Of a DNA stretch of 64,000 nucleotides, positions 35,201 through 48,366 are shown piece after piece; positions within the stretch are counted from its first letter, which is position 1, and each line of letters starts with the position of its first letter. The DNA comes from Schmidtea polychroa (lineage: Eukaryota): NCBI GenBank assembly GCA_044892525.1, contig CM097885.1, forward strand, positions 70,742,001 through 70,806,000, read 5' to 3'. The position numbers were made by a program, and so were the translations under genes. The notes below the pieces were generated by a model. It saw only the letters and a list, made by a program, of their open reading frames with translations, did not search any database and had not been told where the DNA came from.

Positions 35201-38200
35201 AAAACACGAGCAAGAAGTATTACACGAAAACTTACTCAAATATAACCGAAAGACATAAAACAACAAAAAACAAATTCGAATAAAGGCGATTAGTAAAAAT
35301 TAAAAAAGAAAATTAAAGAAAATCTTCATAAAATCTTACGTAAAGAAAATTATATCGATATTTTGAATAAAAATCCAGAACAATTCATAAAAATGGCGAA
35401 ATCCATCATGACGGCCAAACGACCCAATAAAATTTATAAAAAATAAATATTTTAGTTTAAAAAATAAATATTTTAGAAAAGAAATCATAAAAAACAATTT
35501 AAAAATAAGAAATAGATTGAATTTAGCATGGACTGTTCTGGAAATGCTGAAATCCATCATGGAGGCAAATTTAATAAAAAATAATTCGAAAATAAAATTT
35601 CAAAAATAAAAACAAAAATTCTTACTGAAAAATCGCCATCAAAATCGATAAAAATTAAAAATCGAATGTTCGAGAATTAAAATAATCTGAATTTGTTTTA
35701 CTGCATCAATGCACGCATGTATACTTACACGTCAAACAGAGACTATATAAACTAACACATTTCGTCACTTTTTAAGCAAGGAAAAAAAAATGAAAATGAA
35801 TATTTTTACTCTTATGCCAAATTTTTGGTTTTGATTTCTCTGAGATTGTAGGTAAGGACGATTTCATTGTGAATTATAAATTATTATTATTGAAAGCTTG
35901 TTTTCATTATTTCTTTTTAACTATAGAAATGTAGGTTTGAGTGAGATCGTCGGTTATCATTGATTTTGAAGCGAGATCCCAGCCAACCCTGCACCTATGC
36001 ACTTTATCATCGATGATTAAACAGCCCACAATGATTGCAGGCCACTGCCTGGCACGCACTTATCAATATTATTTGTTTTTTTTTGTTCAGGTCATTCGGA
36101 GGTCGCACCACTTCATGGTTCTGCCATGGAGTTAAGTCGATGAAATCCTCCGTCTGACTCTACCTATTTATTATAGGTCAGCCGTAAAGGGTTGACTTAC
36201 CACACAACAGTAAGGTTTGTCGTAGTGGTCACAGTGGGGCCGCGAAAGCAAACACTCTTCCCGACTTTCAATGCATGAATAATTTACATAGTTAAAAACT
36301 ACATCCAAAATCATCACAATACAATACACTAAGGTTATTAAACAGAGTAGATCTCAGACCTAAATTAATCACAACTCTGCAATTCACAATTAATGTAGAC
36401 GGTTAAATATCATCAAGAACCAAGTCTACCTATACGTTTGTCGAATCTAAATTTATAAATGTCTTAAATAAATTTTCTAGTAATAGTGTAAAGTAAAGAT
36501 TGTTTAAAAATGATTGATTTAGTAGTGATAGTATTCATAAAGGTGTTCGACATGCGCATCAGCAAGACTTTTAAATTGAATAGACTCTAAACTAACTATA
36601 AAAATTCAAATCGTAAACCCATAACAGTATAAATTATCCTCTCAATTTCATAAAAATGTGAATTATACTTATAGATTTAATTTCTTCAAAATATAAATTA
36701 TGATTAGTTATAAAGGTATAAATTATAAATTTAATTTCTTGAAATTATAAATTACAAATTTGTATTGACGATAAAAATTATAAATTATAACTCTAAGTTA
36801 ATTATAAAAGTATAAATTATAATCTTAACTTCATAAAAATATAAATTATAAAATTATATTAGCTTTAAAATATAAACTATAAATTTAACTTAACTTCATA
36901 AAATATAAATTATAAACTCAAAAGTATAAATTATAAAATTATATTAGCTTTAAAACATAAACTATAAATTTAATTTCATAAAAATATAAATTATAAACTT
37001 ATATTAGCTGAAAGACTATAAATTATAATCTTAATTTGGTCATAAAAGTATAAAATATAAACTACGTTAGCGATAAAAATATAATCTATAATAAGTTGTA
37101 AATATTTTATAAATACCCCCCCCCCCGAGTTACGTAATGGTCGAAACAAATGTCCAGATTCATAATCTAACTTATATATGTATATTTGAAACTTATAAAA
37201 GTATAACTTACCTTTTTCATGAGTACCCCCCTCAAACTATACATTAGTCGAGAACAATATATATAGCAATAAATTAACTTATATACGTGCAGTTATCAAA
37301 CTTAATAATTCCTCAGATCACCTAACCATTAATTATTGTCTAAATACATTAATACATTATCTTTACTATATAAATTTGGAAAATTTTGATAAATGACCCC
37401 CCTTAATTCATATAACCATCAACCACTAATTGATACACTCAGTTAGACTATTTAATATATATACTTAACTTGGATTACCTTTAAAATCATAGTTGAAAAT
37501 TTTTCATCAAAGACCCCCCAATAAACCATATCGTCATCAACTACTACCTAAATATACATTTAACTTATATTATATTTTAAAATATAAATTGAAAATTTTC
37601 ATAAATGACCCCCCTTCAACTCATGTAGCCATTAACTATTCCTTAGGTATACTGAATTGTATCATCTTCGTAGAGTTAAATTATATTTCAAACCAAAAAA
37701 ATAATTCCATAAATTTTCGTAAATGATCCCCCCCATATGTAGTAATCTTNNNNNNNNNNNNNNNNNNNNNNNNNNNNNNNNNNNNNNNNNNNNNNNNNNN
37801 NNNNNNNNNNNNNNNNNNNNNNNNNNNNNNNNNNNNNNNNNNNNNNNNNNNNNNNNNNNNNNNNNNNNNNNNNNNNNNNNNNNNNNNNNNNNNNNNNACT
37901 CTTACTATTATTATTACTATTATCATTATTATTATTATATTATTAAAATAATTATCTTTATTTCATAAAAATAAAATTATAAAACAAATTATTGATTTTG
38001 GGATTCCCCTATCTCTAAATTTAGTTTCAATGGCCCTATCTTCCAATAAAATTACGGAAAATCACTAAAATCTATTTTTAGTAACACCCCCCCCCCCTGA
38101 AAACGACATCAATATTATTAATTTAAATTATATCCATATATGTACATATGTGTATATGTATGTGTATATATAAGTGGATGTGTGTATGTACATACCGATT

Positions 38201-38636
38201 TATAAAACAACCTTATAACAATACGATAACCTTCCCCCTCAAGACCCCTGTTATGTGATGGTCACAACCCCTTTAAGGTGATGGAACGAGGATAGAGTAG
38301 TTTACTGAAGTAATTTAGTAGAATCATTTATTAATTTATTAAAATTATTGGATTTATTTTTAACTAGATCAAAAGAAGAAAAACAAAGACTAAGTTTATT
38401 GATTTCGATCATCAAATTTATTCACATAATTGTTTCTTTGAATCATATTCATACCAAAAAGTCCTTCGAGCTCAGTTGATGGACCATCCCGATGAAATAC
38501 ATTTCCTGGGGTTGGAAAATGGAAAACTTATATTAAAATATCTTTCAGAATTTCTTTTAGATTCCCACAATTAAATAATTCCAAATTATTTCTCACAAAT
38601 ATATTCGATCAAAAAGAATTTTAATATTTTATTTAA

Positions 38637-39305
38637 TTACAACATCCTGAATTTATTTCTTTCCTTGGCTGCTTTAAGATCATAAATGGGCATTTTTCAT
38701 TTATTAATCGTATAAAATCAGTTATTCTGTACAACCTTTACATTCTTCACCCCAGCTTTCTAATATTTTTTGAGATCTTTAACGCGAGCTTTGTTTAGAT
38801 TAATACCAGTAAGATCAATAGGTTTGTCTGAAAAATAGTTGAATTAATATTTAAAATCTTAACTGAACATACCATATTTTAATTCACAAATTTGTGAATC
38901 AATTGCTTTTAGTTTTTCAGACTTTTTCAGCGGGCATAACCCAACTCAAAGGCTGAGACAAATGTTTTACAATATATGCAGTAGATGTTACCAATCCTCC
39001 AATATAATAACACTAAAAATAAATTACAATTTTATAGTAATCAGTTATAATACCTTACCAGACTTTATTCTTTTCCTTTACTTGTTTTGCTCATCTTTTT
39101 GAATTTATTTTCAATATTTTCGATATTTGTACTTTCATCTCCATCTAGACTATCTTTCAGGCGTCTCACAAACTTAACACAAACTGAACAATTTTTAAAT
39201 ATAATAAAAATAAGTGCCAAATACCTTCGCAATTATTTTCATTAACTGTAGCTGACATTACATAGTAAACAATGATTAGAAAAGAAAAACTGATAAAATT
39301 TTCAT
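38637..39305 (-). pseudogene. MANF: MANF/ARMET-family gene copy with three introns, disrupted, inside the solo LTR
   Basis: Signal peptide, NNCE^VCVKFVRRL, ^CYYIGG, DSQICELKY^DKPIDL and KARVKDLKKILESWGEECKGCTE (CXXC). GT-AG introns at 39184-39224, 39013-39058 and 38828-38872. Several frameshifts and one stop. Confidence 0.9.
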
Positions 39306-40109
39306 TGCAAAATATTACTAATATAAAAAAAAATGGTTTGTTAAAAAAAAAAATAATTAGTTAAAACAAGTTTAAAATATTTCAAACTGACGTATAAGTT
39401 TTGTTTAAAATGTAAGTAACGAGTATTGTAAAATTAATTTAATATTATTATAAATTTTGAATTAAAATTTTCTTAAAATTCTAGAAAAAAAAAATCTATT
39501 ATTAACAGAAAACAAATTTTTAAAAATAAATAAAGTTTGAGTCAATTTGAATTTTCTAGAAGTATCTCTTAAAATTATATAGGGAATTGTTTTGTAGCAG
39601 TTATTGATGTATTTTGAATTTATTTAACTTGAATTAAAAATATAATATTAACAAAAATGTATTGTGAGATTTTGATTGTTGATCTAACCATCTCTCTATA
39701 ACTACCCGGGCTCAACAAAGGGGAGTGTCATTGTACGTCAACTAGGACAGTCATAGTCACCGCGAAATACGCTTAGTCAAATAATACGCGGTCATAAACA
39801 ATCATGGTTCTTGTAAAGTTATTATATTTTGTTGTTGTGGTTGGTGAAATTTCTGACCCTTATTTGTATGTTCACTAATATATAAGTTGTTTTTTTTTAT
39901 TGTGTTCTAATTAAATTCATTATCCTCAAAAATTTCTTAAGGTATGTTTAATAAACTATGGCTATGTTTCACTTAGTTTATATTCAAACATTTTAGATGT
40001 GGTATTGTATGAACAGGTTTTAATAGATTAATGTATGATTCCTGATGACTTATGATCGCTTGAGGATAGAAAGTTTGTATAGGCATAGTTGAGAAAGTAA
40101 TTATAATAA

Positions 40110-40339
40110 GGGACCTGCGTAAATCGGACATATATCTTCTAACGATAGTCCGTGAACCCAGTAGAGTGCTCGACAATTACAGTGCAAGTAGTGCGCTCAC
40201 TTTTTGCGAGCACTCACCCTCTTGATACAGTACCAACGTTGATCATTCAACGGGTATCAAGCGGTAAACAATGTTGTATCTTGGGTTAAGCTGGTAACAG
40301 CACTAAAGAGCAAAATATTTGATCATCAGTAACCCACCA
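40110..40339 (+). other. Conserved structured LTR-end (U5-like) module, copy at the solo-LTR end
   Basis: Homologous to 40750-40980, 41842-42062, 48104-48340 and 62217-62453; stems are retained with compensatory changes. Confidence 0.75.
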
Positions 40340-40749
40340 ATTGTTAGAGGGACCTTATATGCGTTTAGATCTAAACTGAGGGTATCATGTATTAGGCCTC
40401 AAATTGCGACTAACCACCTCGTAAAATATATATTTTGTTATCAATTTAGAAAATATCCAGTCAACTCTATTCAGACGAAGAGGAACATCAATCGGGAGGA
40501 GAAGAATCTCAATCGGAACTAATCACTCGACTCCGGACCCGATGGATTTGGTATCACATCCACGATTGGATGAGAAAAGGTCTGGAGGATCTTGGACCAG
40601 TCATCCGAACCGGGCTAGAACCTGGAGCCCTGGCATGGGTCAAGCAAGAGCCCACAACAACCTTCTGGAAGAAGCCAGCTTATATGCCGAGATGGCGTTT
40701 GATGAGATGGTGAGAAAGTTTATAGGATTTGGGAAAACAAATAAATTGA

Positions 40750-40980
40750 GGGACCAGAGCTAATCCGACACACATCTTCTATCGATAGTCCGTGGACCCA
40801 AGAAGTGCCCGATAATTATAGCGCAAATAGTGTGCTCACTTTCTGCGAGCACATACCCTCTTGATGCAGTATTAACGTTAATTTGTCAACGGGTATCAAG
40901 TGGAGAAAGGAATCGTTTGTTTTCTGGGTTATGCTGGAAACAGCACGAAAGGGTAAAATGTATGTCTACCTGTAACCCAC
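40750..40980 (+). repeat. Diverged copy of the structured LTR-end module (older LTR remnant)
   Basis: cttctatcgatagtccgtgg...cttgatgc/gtatcaag...gggttatgctggaaacagca...gtaaccca. Confidence 0.7.
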
Positions 40981-41841
40981 TAATTATATGATCATTTTAT
41001 GACTGAATAACGTCACTGAATAGAGTTTGGTTTTAATAAAAGGTTTTCTACACTTCTTAGAACGAAATTGCTTTCAATGATGCATGATACAAACATCTTT
41101 CGTTCCACAGCCACTTCACAAGCGGAAAGCCAGCAAAATCAAACACATTTTCAATACGGGAAGTAGTAGTCGTACTGTTTCATTTATTTGGAGTAGTTTT
41201 ACTACAGCGTTCATCGGTAATGTGGTACGCTCATGCAGATACATGCTATGCTTGCAACAATTCATATAGAGAGCTTTTACCGCTTTACCGTTCAGCGTTT
41301 CAAGGTCTCAAAAGTTCGTTACACTAGAGTCCAGTGGACCACGGGGGGCGAGCAATTTTTTATTTCGTAATTCAATTTACACTCTTTCATAGTATAGGAC
41401 ACTAAGAGCTCGTTCCCTTCATGTTCAATGGGCTTTAGCAACCAAGCATTCAAGCTATTCTAGACTCAAATTCCGAACAGAACACAATAAAAATATCAAA
41501 GTGATACCAGTCTTATAAGTCAAAGTCATAGGACAGAACATGATAAAAGAACAAATATCAGTCAAAGTACTCAAAAGTCAATTTTAACTTTATTTTCAAA
41601 GAACCCCGAATCACAGCGCGTTTATCTGGTTCCAAATTCACATATCTAACAGTCACTTAAGTGTAGCGTTTATATATTAATAAACTTGTATGTAATTATT
41701 TTTCGTTTCCAATTTGAGTCCACGTGTGAAAGATTTCCAGCGGGTTAATATCGACTTCCGCCGTAGCATGAGAGGTAAGCCATAGGAGAGCCGATTTCCC
41801 AAGATTCGCGTCATTGGAGCATAGTATGCAAGATTTAACTA

Positions 41842-42062
41842 AAATCGGGCACAGGCCTTCTATTGGTAGTCCACGACCCCATTCGAATGCTCGATGATTA
41901 TAGTGTACAGAGGTAGACTCACTTCTCGTGAGTATTCCCCATGCGACACATTACCAACGTTTATCAATCAACAGGTATCGGAGAGTTAAGCAAGTTATTG
42001 TATCTTAGGTTGCGTCGGACACAGCACGAATGGGTAAAATGTGGATTACCAGCGACCAACCA
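41842..42062 (+). repeat. More diverged copy of the structured LTR-end module
   Basis: gccttctattggtagtcc...gaatgctcg/tgagtattc...taggttgc/gcgaccaa. Confidence 0.6.
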
Positions 42063-43074
42063 GTAAGATGATGACTGAATGGTAATCATTTTATTGAAAT
42101 TAAATGTGATGTAGATAAAGGAATTTAGTATGGATTGAATAGACGAGATTCACCAGTATTCACCAAATAATTTAACAGCAGTTCTGGAAACAGAACCCAA
42201 ATTTTACTGACAGGTGAAAACTTGTGTCATGTAATCAGTTTTTTTCTCAACAGGTGACAAATGGTAGAAATAATGTTATGATTCGAAATGAGAACTAAGT
42301 TGGTCATGATAACCGACGAACACGGCATTTATTTATTGGTTATTTATAGCCGTATAAATCTGATTCTATTTATTTCATTATTATTGAGTTGTCTTTAGGA
42401 ATTGTCTTTAGGAAACCTTTTTTGCCAGCGGAACCCCTACAATTAAAAGGTCAAAAATTAGAATTTAAAATATAATTTTGTTTTAGTAGTTTTAATGACT
42501 TTCACAACAATTTTTTTTAATTCTTGGTTCAATCTTTGATAGAGTTTCATTTTTTGGTCAACTATCAGCAATTTACCGCAAGGAAGTGTCTTTACTTTTT
42601 ATCAATCCCCTTATTTTTAATAAATTCCTAAAAATTTCTGGTAATGTCTAGTTTCAGAGCTCGAAATCTCGCGGAACCATAGGGGACGATATTAGACAAA
42701 GGATATGGTTTATTAGACTAAGGTTTTCGTTTTTGATAAATGCTTCTTTAAACCGCTTTGCACAATTAACCGATATTTTTCTATCATAAAACAATTTCTA
42801 TTTGATTTGGAAACAGTTAAAAGCCGTTTTGTGTAGCTAGGGCTCAATGTTTATCATATGATTTTCAAATATGTGCCACTGACGTCGTTGCTTACAAAAT
42901 GATAATACATCATTGTTTATCTGCTTAGTCCTCTTTCTAAAATACACAAATCCCTTGCTTTACGTCGTAGTATCGAATACATTTTAAACATTGCGTTTTA
43001 GGGCATTAAAAAATATGCAAGTTGCTTTTAACATTTACAATAAACGTTTTACAATTTGCCTGAAAATCAATAGA

Positions 43075-43869
43075 TAGCCTATTTCGGTCTATGGGCAATA
43101 TTTTATTCATACTTGGAAAAACTCCTTTCAATACATGAGGAATATGCTGTAATACTAAGGATGAAAGATTATAATTTTTAAAAAAGTTATTGATTTTATC
43201 CTTTTCAATATTTAAAAAAATATTTTAAAAATATTCAATATTTTAAAATATAATAGGTATTAAAATATGACTCGCAGACAGTAAATATACTTCGATCTTA
43301 GCAGGAATTTCACCATTCCTAAATTATAAAGCCTTTTTAAAGCTAATTAGAGGTCAGTAATATTACTAATGAGATACGATTGTAATCCTGGCAACTCTTT
43401 ATAATTTCTCGATACATGGTTGTAGCGATAGCCATCATGTGACGGCATGCCGGGAAAGTCTGAAATTAACGTCCATAAATACACAATTCTTTGATCATTG
43501 TGAAATACATGAAAAGCTAAGAATGAATTTTCAAAACTATGTTCTCAATATCAATATCTAACTCCTGTGAATTGTGTAAACAATTATCTGTGCTTAGCAA
43601 TTTGCTTTCACTACATTTTTGTTATCTGCTTCCAAGTTCATGTATAACGATTAATGAATTCCGAAGTTCGCTATTCCATTTTTACATGATCACAAAATTA
43701 TAAGACTTTTTTTTCGTATTTTCTTATTGTATTCGCAAATACTATTTCTGGGGAATTCTGAGAATGATATAACTGGAATTACTGCATTTCCCCGCATATA
43801 CCTTGTGAATTTCGACCAAACCTGTGAAAAAAGAATTGATATGATGTAGGATATTTACAGTCAGTGCCG
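43075..43869 (-). pseudogene. hAT transposase remnant, unit X (target of element 2; completed by 62454-62480)
   Basis: Near-identical to 62481-63612 except for a ~300-bp deletion; decayed hAT motifs (KANC..H, WLSLQPCIEK). Confidence 0.65.
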
Positions 43870-46800
43870 TGTTGGGCTAGAACTGATTTCTGAACCCAAA
43901 GTTAGGAATGGGACGAAATGTGTCAGTACACAACACGCATACCCAGCATTAAGTTTACTTAAATAAAAATGTATAAAACACCAAGTAAACAATGATAATA
44001 GAGAGATAATATACCCAAAAATAAAACATCTGAATTAAAAATAAAATAAAACACGAGCAAGAAGTATTACACGAAAACTTACTCAAATATAACCGAAAGA
44101 CATAAAACAACAAAAAAACAAATTCAAATAAAGGCGATTAGTAAAAATTAAAAAAAAAATTAAAGAAAATCTTCATAAAATCTTACGTAAAGAAAATTAT
44201 ATCGATATTTTGAATAAAAATCCAGAACAATTCATAAAAATGGCGAAATCCATCATGACCGCCAAACAACCCAATAAAATTTATAAAAAATAAATATCTT
44301 AGTTTAAAAAAGAAAAAGTTTAGAAAAGAAATCATAAAAAACAATTTAAAAATAAGAAATAGATTAAATTTAGCATGGAATGTTCTGAAAATGCTGAAAT
44401 CCATCATGGAGGCAAATTTAATAAAAAATAATTCAAAAACAAAATTCCATAAATAAAAACAAAAATTCTTACTGAAAAATCGCCATCAAAATCGATAAAA
44501 ATTAAAAATCGAATGTTCGAGAATTAAAATAATCTGAATTTGTTTTACTGCATCAATGCACGCATGTATACTTACACGTCAAACAGAGGCTATATAAACT
44601 AACACATTTCGTCACTTTTTAAGGGAAAAAAATGCAAATGAATATTTTTACTCTTATGCCAAATTTTTGGTTTTGATTTTTCTGAGATTGTAGGTAAGGA
44701 CGATTTCATTGTGAATTATAAATTATTATTATTGAAACTTTGTTTTCATTATTTTTTTTAACTATAGAAATGTAGGTTTGAGTGAGATCGTCGGTTATCA
44801 TTGATTTTGAAGCGAGATCCCAGCCAACCCTGCACCTATGCACTTTATCATCGATGAGTAAACAGCCCACAATGATTGCAGGCCACTGCCTGGCACGCAC
44901 TTATCAATATTATTGGTTTTTCTTGTTCAGGTCATTCGGAGGTCACACCACTTCATGGTTCTGCCATGGAGTTAAGTCGATGAAATCCTTCGTCTGACTC
45001 TACCTATTTATTATAGGTCAGCCGTAAAGGGTTGACTTACCACACAACAGTAAAGTTTGTCGTAGTGGTCACAGTGGGGCCGCGAAAGCAAACACTCTTC
45101 CCGACTTTCAATGCATGAATAATTTACATAGTTAAAATCTACATCCAAAATCATCACAATACAATACACTAAGGTTAATAAACAGAGTAGATCTCAGACC
45201 TAAATTAATCACAACTCTACAATTCACAATTAATGTAGACGGTTAAATATCATCAACAACCAACTCTACATATACGTTTATCGAATCTAGATTTATAAAT
45301 GTCTTAAATAAATTTTCTAGTAATAGTGTAAAGTAAAGATTTTTTAAAAATGATTGATTTAGTAGTGATAGTATTCATAAAGGTGTTCGACATGCGTATC
45401 AGCAAGACTTGGATTTTAAATTGAATAGACTCCAAACTAACTATAAAAATACAAATCGTAAACCCATAAAAGTATAAATTATAAAATTATATTAGCTTTA
45501 AAATATAAACTATAAATTTAACTTAACTTCATAAAATATAAATTATAAACTTAAAAGTATAAATTATAAAATTATATTAGCTTTAGAAATATAAACTATA
45601 AATTTAACTTCATAAAAATATAAATTATAAACTTATATTAGCTGAAAGACTATAAATTATAATCTTAATTTGGTCATAAAAGTATAAAATATAAACTACG
45701 TTAGCGATAAAAATATAATCTATACTAAGTTGTAAATATTTTATAAATACCCCCCCCCCGAGTTACGTAATCGTCGAAACAAATGTTCAAATTCATAATC
45801 TAACTTATATATGTATATTTGAAACTTATAAAAGTATAACTTACCTTTTTCATAAGTACCCCCCTCAAACTATACATTATTCGAGAACAATATATATAGC
45901 AATAAATTAACTTATATATGTGCAGTTATCAAACTTAATAATTCCTCAGGTCACCTAACCATTAATTGTTGTCTAAATACATTAATACCTTACCTTTACG
46001 ATATAAATTTAGAAAATTTCAATAAATGACCCCCCCTTAATTCATATAACCATTAACCACTACCTGATACACTAATTTAGACTATTTAATATATATATAC
46101 TTAACTTAGATTACCTTTAAAATTATAGTTGAAAAATTTTCATCAAAGACCCCCATAAACCATATAGTCATCCCCTACCAACTAAATATACTAAATTAGC
46201 TTATTTTAATACATATTTAACTTATATTATATTTTAAAATGTAAATTGTAAATTTTTATGAATGACCCCCCTCAAAATCATATAGTCATCAACTACCACC
46301 TAAATATACTAAATTAGCTTATCTTAATATATATTTAACTTATATTATATTTAAAACTATAAATTGTACATTTTCATAAATGACCCCTCCCCCCATAGGT
46401 ATCTTAAAAAAAATATAAATTTACATTTATTATTATTNNNNNNNNNNNNNNNNNNNNNNNNNNNNNNNNNNNNNNNNNNNNNNNNNNNNNNNNNNNNNNN
46501 NNNNNNNNNNNNNNNNNNNNNNNNNNNNNNNNNNNNNNNNNNNNNNNNNNNNNNNNNNNNNNNNNNNNNNNNNNNNNNNNNNNNNNNNNNNNNNNNNNNN
46601 NNNNNNNNNNNNACATTATCACTCTTATTATTATTATTATTACTATTATCATTATTATTATTATTATATTATTAAAATAATTATCTTTATTTCATGGAAA
46701 TAAAATTATAAAACAAATTATTGATTTTGGGATTCCCCTATCTCTAAATTTAGTTTCAATGACCCTATCTTCCAATAAAATTTTAGAAAACCACTAAAAT

Positions 46801-48340
46801 CTATTTTTAGTAACAGCCCCCCCCCAGAAAACGACGACACAATTAATAATTTAAATTAAATAAATATATAAATATGTATGTATGTGTATGTATATATAGA
46901 TTTATAAAATAACCTTATAAAAATATAACCACCGTTCCCCCTAAAGACCGCAAGTTGTATAATAATAAGAATAAAGGTTATTGCTAGTCGTCCTATAATC
47001 CTAAAAATTTTTATAATTTTGCATGTGTTATTATTATTACCCTAGTGCTATTATTATTACTACGATTATTATTATCATTATTATTATTATTACTATTATT
47101 ATTATTACTGCTATCAATGTTATTATTATTATTATAAATAGCATAAAAAAGAGAAAAAAAAATAACTAAACAAAATAGGAACTTTTATTGTGCAAATTGT
47201 TCGTTTTGAGAGCCGATAAAATTCCAATAATTCACCTTTTCCTGAAAAGTTTGCTAGGTAGTTTATACCCGTGTGCTCCGACTAGCGCTTCTATTTCAGG
47301 TTTAAATCGTTTTCAGTTGTAAACTTTCCGTTTAAATATCTAAAAATAAGCATTTTAATAAAATAAATTACCCTCCAATTCGAAAAATGGTGATTAAACC
47401 ACTCATGACGAGTACAACTGAGGGATAAGCAAGTAACACGAGTGGCTAGGCTCGTCACTAATACTTATCACCCCAGTGTACCCGAATTTAGTGGTAATAT
47501 CCGATTCATTGGTTTAATCCTGAAAAATAAAAAAAAATATATATATATATATATTAAATTTCAAATTACCACCCAGTGGTAAACAAGATTTTAGATTAAA
47601 ATAGTTAACTTAAACAAAGTTAATTAATAATGTAATTTGAAAAGATCAACGTTTTTTGTATGTTTTTGAAGCAATAGTGAAGACATGAAATTGAATGTTT
47701 TCTCTAAATTTCTAGGGGATAATGCCTCATCAGGGTCGATATTTCGTTAAAAATTAAATTAATTAACAGCCAAATTAGGCATTTAAAAACTAATTGACGA
47801 AAACGAGGATCGAGAATGCAGTAAATTTAAATAGAGTATGTTGGATGTTTGAACGTGATTAAAACCGAATCGAATACACCCAGATAATCCGGCAAGCTCA
47901 CGGACGGGAATAGATGGGCGTATACAGGTGTATGAAGAGATGGATGGGGAGGCGAATACCTATGTGTGTACACGCGTACAGGGATATGTATGAAATGGAG
48001 TGTGAGTAACGACAACGGGAAATCGATGAATAAAGAAAACGTGGTTTTGTATTTTAAAGGAAATAAATATAAATGGAACGACACTCAATCGGTAGGAATA
48101 GATGGGGACCTGAATAAGAAATCGGACATAAGCCTTCTATCGGCAGTCCGTGAACCCCAATGGGTGCTAGACAATTATAGTATGCTAAGCATGCTCACTT
48201 TTTGCTAGTACTCAAACCCTTGATACAGTACCAACGTTGATTGCTCAAAGGGTATTAAGTGGTCAGCTGTCAATTGTATTCTGGGTTACGCTGGAAACAG
48301 CACGAGTAGGTGGAAACTTTGGATTACCTGTAACCCACCA
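43870..48340 (+). repeat. 5' LTR of element 2 (4,471 bp including a 175-N gap)
   Basis: About 99% similar to 57990-62453 by eye (roughly 30 differences). Confidence 0.95.
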
Positions 48341-48348
48341 TACAAATT

Positions 48349-48366
48349 TGGGGGCTCAGCCGGGAT
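48349..48366 (+). promoter_or_regulatory. Primer-binding site complementary to tRNA-Pro
   Basis: TGGGGGCTCAGCCGGGAT lies 8 nt after the LTR and matches 16/18 nt of the MLV tRNA-Pro PBS TGGGGGCTCGTCCGGGAT. Confidence 0.85.

Larger units (their letters stand above)
35023..40339 (+). mobile_element. Giant solo LTR (5,317 bp including an N gap) related to the element-2 LTRs
   Basis: Starts TGTTGGGCTAG and ends GTAACCCACCA like the element-2 LTRs; TSD ATTG at 35019-35022 and 40340-40343. The first ~3.2 kb is closely similar to 43870 onward; ~38250-40110 is unrelated to the element-2 LTRs. Confidence 0.85.

Noticed and set aside
41040-41700. Higher-GC segment with short ORFs
   Set aside because: No identifiable domain or termini.
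48118-48185. HDV-like ribozyme reading of the first hairpin of the LTR-end module (3-bp stem + UUCUAUC loop, P4-like hairpin)
   Set aside because: The required P2 pairing is not conserved across the five copies and conflicts with the covarying gtgctcg/cgagcac helix. No hammerhead CUGAUGA core was found either.
48284-48303. GCTGGAAACAGCA resembles an engineered sgRNA stem
   Set aside because: Short GNRA hairpin in a eukaryotic LTR with no CRISPR array or cas gene; coincidental.
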